From Fastidiosibacter lacustris (lineage in GTDB: Bacteria; Pseudomonadota; Gammaproteobacteria; Francisellales; Francisellaceae), in contig NZ_QLIR01000017.1 in NCBI RefSeq assembly GCF_003428155.1, positions 7,976-39,975 of the forward strand: DNA of 32,000 bases, written 5' to 3'. The notes below the pieces were generated by a model. It was not told where the DNA came from, ran no database searches, and saw only the letters and a list, made by a program, of their open reading frames with translations. Below, one piece after another: positions 24,294 through 32,000 of this stretch (positions within the stretch are counted from its first letter, which is position 1; each line of letters opens with the position of its first letter). The position numbers were made by a program, and so were the translations under genes.

Positions 24294-26606
24294 TTACGCA
24301 TCTGCATACGCTTTTTTAGTTGATTTGGCTTCATCCTTTGATTTATACCTTGCTTCATACGCTTGTTGCCACTCTGGGTGGGCATTTTTAGGTCCTAAAG
24401 CATAAGGTGCAAATTCATCTGTTTGAATTACATCATTAACGCGCTTTATAACATCTTTAAGTAACACAACTTCTTCATCATTAATCACATTATGTTGTTT
24501 AGCTTTTTCAATTAAGCTCATCCATGAGTTTTTCGGTAAAGTGCCTGATTTTATCGCATCTTTAATCTTCTTTTGCACAGGCATGGCTTGAAGAACTGCT
24601 TGATAAGCAAGCTCCATACGCCCAACGGGATCTTTATCATCTTTTGGCACAAAGCACATATCCTTCATACGCTTACGCGTATTTTCATCTTTTAGCAATG
24701 CCTGAGCAAGTTTATGATCAAGTTTATCATTTGGCTTTTTATAAGGCTTACCATATGGAAATGCAATAAAACGTAACGCACTACCTAAAGCTTTATTTGG
24801 GAAATTGCTCAAGGTTTCAATAAGCGCATTTTGTGCTTCGTATAAACAATGCTGCAAGCTCCAACTAACAAAAACATCATCAGCTTTCTGCTCCCCATTA
24901 TCTTTATAATATTTTAAAACCGCACACCCCATATACAAATAACTCATCACATCACCAAGACGTGCTGATAAACGTTCTTTACGCTTTAACTCACCACCTA
25001 ATGTGATCAAAGCAACGTCATTAATAAAGGCATAAGCTGAGCTTAACCTGGTAATACGCTTGTAATAAAGATTAAATTTAGAGTCGTATCCTTTAGCAGT
25101 TATCCCACAACTTAACCCATACCAAAAAGTTCGTAGCTTATTCTTAGTCAAATAACCAATGTGTTTTTTCATCAATCGTGAAAAAGTTTCATAGCCCTTT
25201 TTTTCATCTTGATTCATTAAACTCTCAGATTCATCACGCACGTAAGGGTGACAACGCATTGCACCTTGTCCAAATATCATTAAGTTACGTGTCATGATGT
25301 TTGCACCTTCAACGGTAATACCAACAGGTGTAGCCTGATAACCTCGTGCTAAATAATTATTGGGTCCCATAATAATGGCACGTCCTGCGTGGATATCCAT
25401 AGCATGATTTAAAACATTACGTCCAATTTCAGTTAAGTGGTATTTAGAGATTGCTGATGCAACAGAAGGCTTCACATTCGCATCTACAGCCGCAACGGTA
25501 AATTGCCTTGTTGCATTGGCAATATAGGCAAGCCCTCCCATTTGCGCTAGTTTCTCTTCTACACCTTCAAAGTAACCAATAGGTGATTTAAATTGCTCGC
25601 GTACCATACTGTAAGCTGAGGTCATAACCGTTGATAAAAGTGCATTGGCTGTGCCACAAGCAGGTAGAGAAATCGCTCGCCCAATGGATAAGCACTCCAC
25701 TAACATTCGCCAGCCTTCGCCAGCCATTTTCTGCCCACCAATGATCCAATCAATCGGAATAAATAAATTTTTACTTCGAATCGTGCCATTCATAAATGCC
25801 TGTGACAAAGGATACGCCCGATTACCAATTTCAAGACCTGGGTGATCATGTGGCAAAAGCGCGCAGGTAATTCCTTCTCTACCAACATCTGCTAATAATT
25901 TATCCGGATCATACAGTTGAAATGCAAGCCCCACTACTGTTGCAATCGGCGCCAAGGTAATATAACGTTTATTAATGTTTTCTAATTGAATGCCCAATAC
26001 TTCACGACCATTATAATTAGCTTTACATACCACTCCTTTATCTGGAAGTGAAGTAGCATCAGAGCCTGCTGTGGGTCCAGTTAATGCAAAACAAGGAATA
26101 TCAATTCCTTTAGCAAGTTTGGGCAAAAACATTTGTTTTTGTTCATCAGTCCCATAATGATGTAAAAGCTCACCTGGACCCAAAGAATTGGGCACCATCA
26201 CTGTCACTGCAGCTGAAACACTCTTTGTAGCAATCCTCATCACAATTTCTGAATGCGCTGCTGCTGAGAACCCTTTTCCTCCATACTCTTTACGAATAAC
26301 AAGACCAAAAAAGCCATTCCTTCGCAAGTAATCCCAAACTTCAACTGGTAAGTCTCGATCTATATGAGTGATCTTCCAATCATCAAGCATGGCACAAAGT
26401 GCATTTGTTTCTTTGTCTAAAAATGCTCGCTCTTCCTCATTTAACTCAAACTTTTTTGCACTATGTAATTTTTCAAAATCAGGTCTCCCCTGAAAAACTT
26501 CTTTTTCATACCAACAATCTCCGGCATCAAGTGCAACTTGTTCTGTTGCTGAAATCGGTGGCATGGACTTTTTGCTTGATTTATAAATTTTTTTTATCAT
26601 GAGCAT
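24294..26606 (-). CDS. fadE: Large acyl-CoA dehydrogenase (FadE type)
   Basis: 770 aa. ACAD motifs are present (FALTGPTAGSDA; GGLAYIANATRQFT region), along with the long C-terminal extension typical of FadE. A second ATG at 26600 has better RBS spacing, so the start is uncertain by 2 codons. Confidence 0.88.
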   Translation of the reverse strand: MLMIKKIYKSSKKSMPPISATEQVALDAGDCWYEKEVFQGRPDFEKLHSAKKFELNEEERAFLDKETNALCAMLDDWKITHIDRDLPVEVWDYLRRNGFFGLVIRKEYGGKGFSAAAHSEIVMRIATKSVSAAVTVMVPNSLGPGELLHHYGTDEQKQMFLPKLAKGIDIPCFALTGPTAGSDATSLPDKGVVCKANYNGREVLGIQLENINKRYITLAPIATVVGLAFQLYDPDKLLADVGREGITCALLPHDHPGLEIGNRAYPLSQAFMNGTIRSKNLFIPIDWIIGGQKMAGEGWRMLVECLSIGRAISLPACGTANALLSTVMTSAYSMVREQFKSPIGYFEGVEEKLAQMGGLAYIANATRQFTVAAVDANVKPSVASAISKYHLTEIGRNVLNHAMDIHAGRAIIMGPNNYLARGYQATPVGITVEGANIMTRNLMIFGQGAMRCHPYVRDESESLMNQDEKKGYETFSRLMKKHIGYLTKNKLRTFWYGLSCGITAKGYDSKFNLYYKRITRLSSAYAFINDVALITLGGELKRKERLSARLGDVMSYLYMGCAVLKYYKDNGEQKADDVFVSWSLQHCLYEAQNALIETLSNFPNKALGSALRFIAFPYGKPYKKPNDKLDHKLAQALLKDENTRKRMKDMCFVPKDDKDPVGRMELAYQAVLQAMPVQKKIKDAIKSGTLPKNSWMSLIEKAKQHNVINDEEVVLLKDVIKRVNDVIQTDEFAPYALGPKNAHPEWQQAYEARYKSKDEAKSTKKAYADA

Positions 26607-26927
26607 ACTTCCTTATCTTAAGTTTTTAAATTTTAAATTAAGCACTGGCAAAACCCTTTCACTTCCTCGTACAAGACTTAATTAAAACCCCATACTAGCT
26701 ATACGCACATTGACTGGAGTATTATCCATTTAAATACCCAAGCAATATAACAGCGATTTTGTAAAAAATTAAGCACCAGCAGCTAAAATATTATGAAAAA
26801 TCATAAATTTACATTGCAAGGCAGCATATTCAAACGAAAGCACAGTGAATTTATTTACAACCAGCTAATGCTATGTCTAAAATATCAACTTCTTAGTTTG
26901 TTATTAATGGAAAGGAGAAATTAATAT

Positions 26928-28619
26928 ATGTCAGATAAGTCATGGATTAAAAATTACCCTAATAACGTTCCTACTGAAATCCCACCTTCGACTGAAACGT
27001 TAAATTCAATGCTAAAAAAAGTCGTACAAAAATATCCTCAAAACATCGCCTTATCATGTCATGACCATGATTTAAGTTTTAAACAAATCGATGATTATGC
27101 CAATCGTTTTGCTGCATTCTTATATCATGAACTTGGATTTAAAAAAGGCGATAAAATTGCGATTATGTTGCCAAACTTACTCCAATTTCCCGTAGTATTG
27201 TTTGGTATTTTAAAAATTGGTGGCATTTTCGTAAACATTAACCCACTTTATACTGCCCATGAAGTCAAGGAAATTATGGAAGACTCTGGCGCTCAGGGAA
27301 TTATCGTACTTAGTACATTTGCACATTTAGCACAAGAAGCAAAAAAATATTTACCTCAATTAAAACACATGATTGTGACTGACTTAGTCGATCTTTACTC
27401 CTTCCCCAAAAAACAAATCATTCATTTTATTGCAACTTACATTAAAGGCATGAAATGTCATTATGATAAAACGCAATTTCATACTTTAAGCTCAGCTTTG
27501 AATTACTCTAAAACATTTGATGAAATAAGTGTAAAAGTCTCTTGTGATGATATGGCTTGTCTTCAATACTCAAGTGGTACAACAGGCAAACCAAAAGGTA
27601 CTATTTTATTACACAAAAATATTGTTGCTAATATCGATCAAGTATGGAGCTGGATTGGCAGCTCAGTCGAATTAGATAAACAAGTAATTATTGGTGCACT
27701 ACCGCTTTATCATATTTTTGCACTTACAGCCAACTTATTTACCTTCTACCTAGCGGGATCAAAACAAGTACTTATCCCTAATCCACGCGATATTAAGTCA
27801 CTTGTTAAAACTATGCAAAAAACGCCTTTTACGATTTTTAATAGTATCAATACACTATACGCCGCACTTTTACACAATGATGCCTTCCGTCAATCTACTT
27901 TTCCACATTTTCGCTATACGTTAAGTGGCGGCATGTCAACGATTAAGCGGGTAGCAGATGATTGGAAAGCAGTAACTGGAGTTACCATAAAAGAAGCCTA
28001 TGGCTTGTCAGAAATGTCACCAGCTGTGACTATTAACCTTTTTGACAATGATGATGAATTCAACGGCACAGTTGGTTACCCTTTACCTAGTACAGACGTT
28101 TCTATTAAAGATGATAACGGTAATGAGTTAGCTACAAATGAAAATGGTGAAATATGGGTTAAAGGTCCTCAACAATCGCCAGGATTTTGGCATTTAGATG
28201 CAATCACTAAAGAGCATTTTACAGATGATGGTTGGCTTAAAACAGGTGATATTGGCTATTTAGATGAAATGGGACGCTTAACAATATCGGGACGTTCTAA
28301 AGATATGCTGATTGTTTCTGGCTTTAACGTTTTTCCTAAAGAAATTGAAAACACCATTCTAACTATCCCTGAAGTTAAAGAAGTAGCTGTTGTTGGAGCC
28401 CCTTCACATTCCAGTGGCGAAAAACCTTTTGCTTTTGTCGTGTTGGAAACAGGCAAATCTATCACTGCCAAAGAAATCACTGAGTTTTGTTATACCCAAT
28501 TAGCACATTACAAAACGCCAAAAGATATTATGTTTTTACCAGAGCTCCCTAAAAACACCGTTGGAAAAGTGATGAAACAAGAGCTAAAAGAAAAATATAT
28601 TCTTAATGTAAAAAACTAA
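26928..28619 (+). CDS. fadD: Long-chain-fatty-acid--CoA ligase
   Basis: AMP-binding motif LQYSSGTTGKPKG, plus EAYGLSE, GWLKTGDIGYLDEMG and the C-terminal PKNTVGKVMKQEL. 563 aa. AAGGAG RBS. Confidence 0.92.
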   Translation: MSDKSWIKNYPNNVPTEIPPSTETLNSMLKKVVQKYPQNIALSCHDHDLSFKQIDDYANRFAAFLYHELGFKKGDKIAIMLPNLLQFPVVLFGILKIGGIFVNINPLYTAHEVKEIMEDSGAQGIIVLSTFAHLAQEAKKYLPQLKHMIVTDLVDLYSFPKKQIIHFIATYIKGMKCHYDKTQFHTLSSALNYSKTFDEISVKVSCDDMACLQYSSGTTGKPKGTILLHKNIVANIDQVWSWIGSSVELDKQVIIGALPLYHIFALTANLFTFYLAGSKQVLIPNPRDIKSLVKTMQKTPFTIFNSINTLYAALLHNDAFRQSTFPHFRYTLSGGMSTIKRVADDWKAVTGVTIKEAYGLSEMSPAVTINLFDNDDEFNGTVGYPLPSTDVSIKDDNGNELATNENGEIWVKGPQQSPGFWHLDAITKEHFTDDGWLKTGDIGYLDEMGRLTISGRSKDMLIVSGFNVFPKEIENTILTIPEVKEVAVVGAPSHSSGEKPFAFVVLETGKSITAKEITEFCYTQLAHYKTPKDIMFLPELPKNTVGKVMKQELKEKYILNVKN

Positions 28620-30685
28620 AGCACGCTTAAGTCCGCAACCTTCCTAAACATCGCATGCAACCTTTGTAATAGCGCAATGCGATTGTTTTTTAACGACTCA
28701 TCTTTGTCCATTACCATCACATGCTCAAAAAACAAAGCAAGTGACTCATCTAAAGCAGATAAAGCAATCAGGCTATCGTAGTAAGCTTGCTTGAAAATTG
28801 CTTTATTAAGCTTATCTTCCACCGATAAAAGCCCTTGGAACAATACTTTCTCTTGAGTCTCGATAAATAAATTTTCATTGATGTTCAGCTGAGTTTTGAT
28901 GTTGTTTTTTTCTAATATGTTAACCACACGCTTATTGCTTTGTGCCAACCGTTCGCACACTGGGTGCATTTTGAAACTTATCAGTGCTTGAATACGTGCA
29001 TCGAAATCCGCAATATTACTATACTCAACAGCAAGGACAGACTCAAAGATTTCACTTGTAACACCCTCGTCTTTATAAATCACTTTTAAGCGATCAACAA
29101 AAAACTGCAACAGTAAGTTTTCTAAATCATTTTGTGTATTCAGTTTAGGGTTGAACGTTGCAATCGAAAGTTTAATCAAGCTTAAAAGCGAAATTGATAA
29201 TTGATGTTCCTTTAATATACGAAGTACTCCAATTGCTGCTCGTCTTAATGCAAACGGATCTTTATCCCCTGTCGGTTTTTGACCTATACCAAAGATGCCC
29301 ACTAAAGTATCGAGTTTTTCGGCCAATGCCACAGCTTGAGCGACTTTATTTTCTGGCAGTTTGTCTCCTGCATATTTTGGCCAGTATTGTTGCTCTATAG
29401 CCTGACATACATCATTGTGTTCACCATGAGCATTTGCATAATACTTACCAATCACACCTTGTAGATTAGTAAACTCATAAACCATGTCGGTCATTAAATC
29501 TGCCTTACTTAACATACCTGCACGCTTAGCAAGTAAAGCATCTGCTCCAATAAGCTTGGCTATTTCATAAGCTAAATTTGATATGCGTAGCGTACGATCA
29601 TAAACCGAACCTAACTGTTGTTGAAAAGTCACGACTTTAAGCTTTTCAACATATGACTCAAGAGGTCTTTTAACGTCAGTATCATAAAAAAATGCTGCAT
29701 CAGATAAGCGTGCAGCCATAACTTTATTATTGCCTTTAATAACTGTTTGAGGATGACTGCTATCGATATTGCTTATTGTAATAAAATGATTAAGTAACTT
29801 ACCATTTTGATCAACGATCGCAAAACACTTTTGATGTTCTTCCATTGCTGAAATCAGTGCTTCTTGTGGCACACGTAAAAAGTGCATATCAAAATCACAG
29901 CAAAGCGCATGTGGCCATTCAACAATTGCAGTCACTTCCTCAATTAAATCATCATTCAATACAGCTTTGGCATTGAGTCTGTTAGCAATTGTATGTGCTT
30001 GCTCAATAATTTTTGCTTTGCGCTTTTGCCAATCGACTAAGACATAAGCTTGCTTGAGCAACTCAACGTATGCTGTTGCATGTGTAATTACCAATGCTTG
30101 TGGGTTATGAAACCTATGTCCATAACTTATATTTGCTGTTTTACAACCATAAAATTGAGCAGGAATCACTTCATTTCCAAGCATTAAAACTGCCCAATGA
30201 ACAGGACGCACAAATTGATGACTCTCATTCCCCCAACGCATGGTTTTAGGAATAGGTAGCTTTTTTAACGCATCTTCAATGATACCTGGAAGCAGATCTT
30301 GTATTTTACTGCCAAGTTGTTTGACTTGATAAAAAAGCCGCTTGCCTTTTTTATGGTCAATCACGCTAAGCTCGTCAAATCTAACGCCACAAGCATCAGC
30401 AAAGCCTAACGCTGCCTGTGTGGGTTGTCCATTTTGATCATAGGCTTTATCGACAAATGGTCCTTCTTTATCGATTAGCTTATCTTTTTGTATAGCTTGT
30501 AAATCTTTGATGAGAAAGGCTAAGCGCCTAGGAGAAGCATAGAAGTTTTTTGCACTATACCCAATCTCAAGTTGATCCAATGCTTGACCAACATGGTTGA
30601 CAAGTGTTTGCGCCATGCTCTTAAGTGACTTAGGAGGCAACTCTTCTGTGCCAAGTTCAAATAATAAATCAGCTTTATTTAACAT
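28616..30685 (-). CDS. glyS: Glycine--tRNA ligase beta subunit
   Basis: 689 aa, the same length as E. coli GlyS. The canonical N-terminus is DLLFELGTEELPPKSL, and the C-terminal anticodon-binding region ends ...LLQRLHAMFRKVADLSVL. Confidence 0.93.
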   Translation of the reverse strand: MLNKADLLFELGTEELPPKSLKSMAQTLVNHVGQALDQLEIGYSAKNFYASPRRLAFLIKDLQAIQKDKLIDKEGPFVDKAYDQNGQPTQAALGFADACGVRFDELSVIDHKKGKRLFYQVKQLGSKIQDLLPGIIEDALKKLPIPKTMRWGNESHQFVRPVHWAVLMLGNEVIPAQFYGCKTANISYGHRFHNPQALVITHATAYVELLKQAYVLVDWQKRKAKIIEQAHTIANRLNAKAVLNDDLIEEVTAIVEWPHALCCDFDMHFLRVPQEALISAMEEHQKCFAIVDQNGKLLNHFITISNIDSSHPQTVIKGNNKVMAARLSDAAFFYDTDVKRPLESYVEKLKVVTFQQQLGSVYDRTLRISNLAYEIAKLIGADALLAKRAGMLSKADLMTDMVYEFTNLQGVIGKYYANAHGEHNDVCQAIEQQYWPKYAGDKLPENKVAQAVALAEKLDTLVGIFGIGQKPTGDKDPFALRRAAIGVLRILKEHQLSISLLSLIKLSIATFNPKLNTQNDLENLLLQFFVDRLKVIYKDEGVTSEIFESVLAVEYSNIADFDARIQALISFKMHPVCERLAQSNKRVVNILEKNNIKTQLNINENLFIETQEKVLFQGLLSVEDKLNKAIFKQAYYDSLIALSALDESLALFFEHVMVMDKDESLKNNRIALLQRLHAMFRKVADLSVL

Positions 30686-30735
30686 ACATTTTTATTTTAA
30701 TTCCATCAATGGCTCGCTATTCTAGCGAGAATAGC

Positions 30736-30771
30736 AATTAAAAGCAGTAAAAACTATAGCGCTTTTACTGC
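30736..30771 (-). terminator. Candidate rho-independent terminator downstream of the LRR gene
   Basis: On the minus strand: GCAGTAAAA-(10 nt)-TTTTACTGC (arms 30763-30771 and 30744-30752), followed by TTTTAATT. The stem is AT-rich, so the call is only moderate. A second hairpin, GCTATTCT-AGCG-AGAATAGC, sits at 30716-30735. Confidence 0.4.
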
Positions 30772-30818
30772 CAAAATTTATCTCGCTCGCTTCAATATAG
30801 AATAGCTGTCACCTTAGA

Positions 30819-32000
30819 TTATTTTTGACACTCTTGGTGATTTGGATCCCATATAATTTTATTATTATCAAAATTCTTAAAGGCATCATGAGCAAAATCA
30901 TATGCTGACGAGGGTTCCTTATTACGACAAATAATCACAGACTGAAGTTTAGTAGGATGACCCTGATAAAAAGCTTCGCTACCAATCTTTATAACACTTT
31001 TGGGAATAACTACAGAAGATAACGGAACGAGCTCAAAAGCCTTATCCTCAATAGTTGTAACATTCTTAGGTATTTTAATTGAAGTGAATGTACTCTGCCA
31101 AAAAGCTCCATATTTAATACTTATAACACTATCAGGAATCTTAACTGAAGTTAGTTTTGTGTTAGAAAATAGATTGCTGCTGATAATTGTAATACCCTCA
31201 GGTAAGACAGCTGAAGTTAGCTGTGTACTATAGGAAAAAGCATGAAGTCCAATAGTTGTCACCCCATTAGGTATCACTACTGTGGATAGCTTATCGTTAC
31301 TGGCAAAAGCTCTAATACCAATTGTTCTCACACCATCAGGGATCACAACAGAGGTTAGACCACCAGAAGGCCTTACTGGATAGTTATCAAAAGTAAAATT
31401 AGCAATTTCTGTTACACCATAGGGAATCACAACATCGGTTAGTGACCCTGTATAACTTGTTAGGACGTTATTATTATTATTAATAGTCATACCATTTGTA
31501 TTGTGAACTTGGATAGAAGTATAGAAGCGCTCTACTGTGCCATTTTTATCTTTAACGTCTATTCTAATTTTATGTTCACCCAGCTTAGTATTTGCCGTTG
31601 GTTTAAGTTTTACTGTTATATAGTTTTGATTTTGAGCACTCTCAAGTGTGATCCCATCAGAATCGTTTTGAGTTTCATCCGTTACTGTAATCTCGGTATT
31701 ATCAGAAAACTGGGTATACAGCTTAATCGTTGCTAGTTTATCAAGCTTGTTTACATCTACTGATCTGCCTTTTGTATTATCGATTGTGTCATAATAATAG
31801 ACAACGTCTTTGTATACTACTTCGCCATTACTCTTAATCGTAAAATCAGCAATGTTGTTTGATGCTAATGAACGCATTGAAGAATCCTTAAAACTGATAC
31901 TGCATGGCTCTTGATCAAGTAATGATTGACAGTTCACGCCAGTAAGTTCAGATTCACCTATTGTGAATGTAAGGTTCTCTAAATCACGCCCTGATACATT
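30819..32000 (-). CDS. Leucine-rich-repeat protein of the BspA/TpLRR (LRR_5) type with a beta-rich N-terminal region. It is 5'-partial, because the frame stays open to the window edge.
   Basis: The C-terminal half contains about 7.5 tandem 22-25-aa repeats with consensus LTSVVIPxGVTxIGxxAFxxxxx. The track start at 31937 is a GTG, but the reading frame continues without a stop to position 32000 (...NVSGRDLENLTFTIGESELTGV-NCQS...). Confidence 0.8.
   Translation of the reverse strand, partial: NVSGRDLENLTFTIGESELTGVNCQSLLDQEPCSISFKDSSMRSLASNNIADFTIKSNGEVVYKDVVYYYDTIDNTKGRSVDVNKLDKLATIKLYTQFSDNTEITVTDETQNDSDGITLESAQNQNYITVKLKPTANTKLGEHKIRIDVKDKNGTVERFYTSIQVHNTNGMTINNNNNVLTSYTGSLTDVVIPYGVTEIANFTFDNYPVRPSGGLTSVVIPDGVRTIGIRAFASNDKLSTVVIPNGVTTIGLHAFSYSTQLTSAVLPEGITIISSNLFSNTKLTSVKIPDSVISIKYGAFWQSTFTSIKIPKNVTTIEDKAFELVPLSSVVIPKSVIKIGSEAFYQGHPTKLQSVIICRNKEPSSAYDFAHDAFKNFDNNKIIWDPNHQECQK
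30930..31466 (-). repeat. Coding tandem repeats (LRR units) within the LRR gene
   Basis: Repeat units: LTDVVIPYGVTEIANFTF / LTSVVIPDGVRTIGIRAF / LSTVVIPNGVTTIGLHAF / LTSAVLPEGITIISSNLF / LTSVKIPDSVISIKYGAF / FTSIKIPKNVTTIEDKAF / LSSVVIPKSVIKIGSEAF. The units are diverged at the DNA level, so they are not recent duplications. Confidence 0.8.

Noticed and set aside
24278-24385. N-terminal extensions given by the ORF track: fadB from 24385, recN from 3616, hmuV from 13218, the TonB-dependent receptor from the TTG at 17859, the oxidoreductase from 2681, and thyA from the GTG at 6230
   Set aside because: In each case a downstream ATG has a better RBS, restores the canonical family N-terminus or signal peptide, and removes a long overlap with the upstream gene. 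The extensions are basic or low-complexity read-through of intergenic or overlapping sequence.
26588-26595. A8/T8 homopolymer in codons 4-6 of fadE, and the A7 spacer between RBS and ATG at 62-68, considered as possible phase-variation tracts
   Set aside because: Homopolymers of 7-8 A/T are common in a genome this AT-rich. fadE is a housekeeping gene and there is no evidence of a shifted alternative frame.
26793-26924. 43-aa ORF (MKNHKFTLQGSIFKRKH...) in the fadE/fadD divergent region
   Set aside because: It has no RBS, runs into the fadD Shine-Dalgarno sequence, and has a low-complexity AT-driven composition. It is probably spurious.
1-32000. Window-wide scan for CRISPR arrays, tRNA/rRNA/tmRNA/RNase P-like sequences, IS elements, integrases, toxin-antitoxin pairs and known defence-system genes
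   Set aside because: No regularly spaced direct repeats were seen. No intergenic region exceeds about 490 nt, and none shows a tRNA cloverleaf or conserved ncRNA boxes. No ORF has transposase, recombinase, nuclease or ATPase-defence motifs. Absence was judged by eye only.

Overview
This is an AT-rich, tightly packed gammaproteobacterial chromosome segment. GC content was judged by eye, not computed. I count about 27 CDS, many with overlapping or abutting stop and start codons. I found no rRNA, tRNA, CRISPR array, transposase, integrase or phage gene. Most of the window is core metabolism. From left to right it contains: (i) a minus-strand module of a HAD-IB hydrolase, a saccharopine-dehydrogenase-like oxidoreductase and a class I/II aminotransferase, which continues off the left edge; (ii) recN, then a compact plus-strand run of lgt-thyA-serA-tilS; (iii) an exported agmatine/peptidyl-arginine-deiminase-family protein, divergent from a 98-aa orphan ORF plus an MFS transporter; (iv) an eight-gene minus-strand heme-acquisition operon (HugZ-like, exbB, exbD, TonB-dependent heme receptor, tonB, hmuTUV) behind a Fur-box promoter; (v) a beta-oxidation cluster fadD / fadE-fadB-fadA, in which FadB carries an N-terminal acyl-CoA-binding-protein (ACBP) domain. 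From memory, that fusion is annotated fadB/acbP in Francisella genomes, which suggests a Francisellaceae-like or related Thiotrichales/Legionellales organism, but this is only an inference; (vi) glyS without an adjacent glyQ, preceded instead by a BspA/TpLRR-type leucine-rich-repeat protein that runs off the right edge. I see no clear-cut novel defence or mobile system. The candidates most worth follow-up are the orphan three-enzyme module (125-3445), the exported deiminase with the orphan/MFS pair (9503-12297), the LRR gene at the glyS locus, and several unexplained non-coding repeats and palindromes. Functional calls rest on motifs I could read in the supplied translations. No database search was possible.
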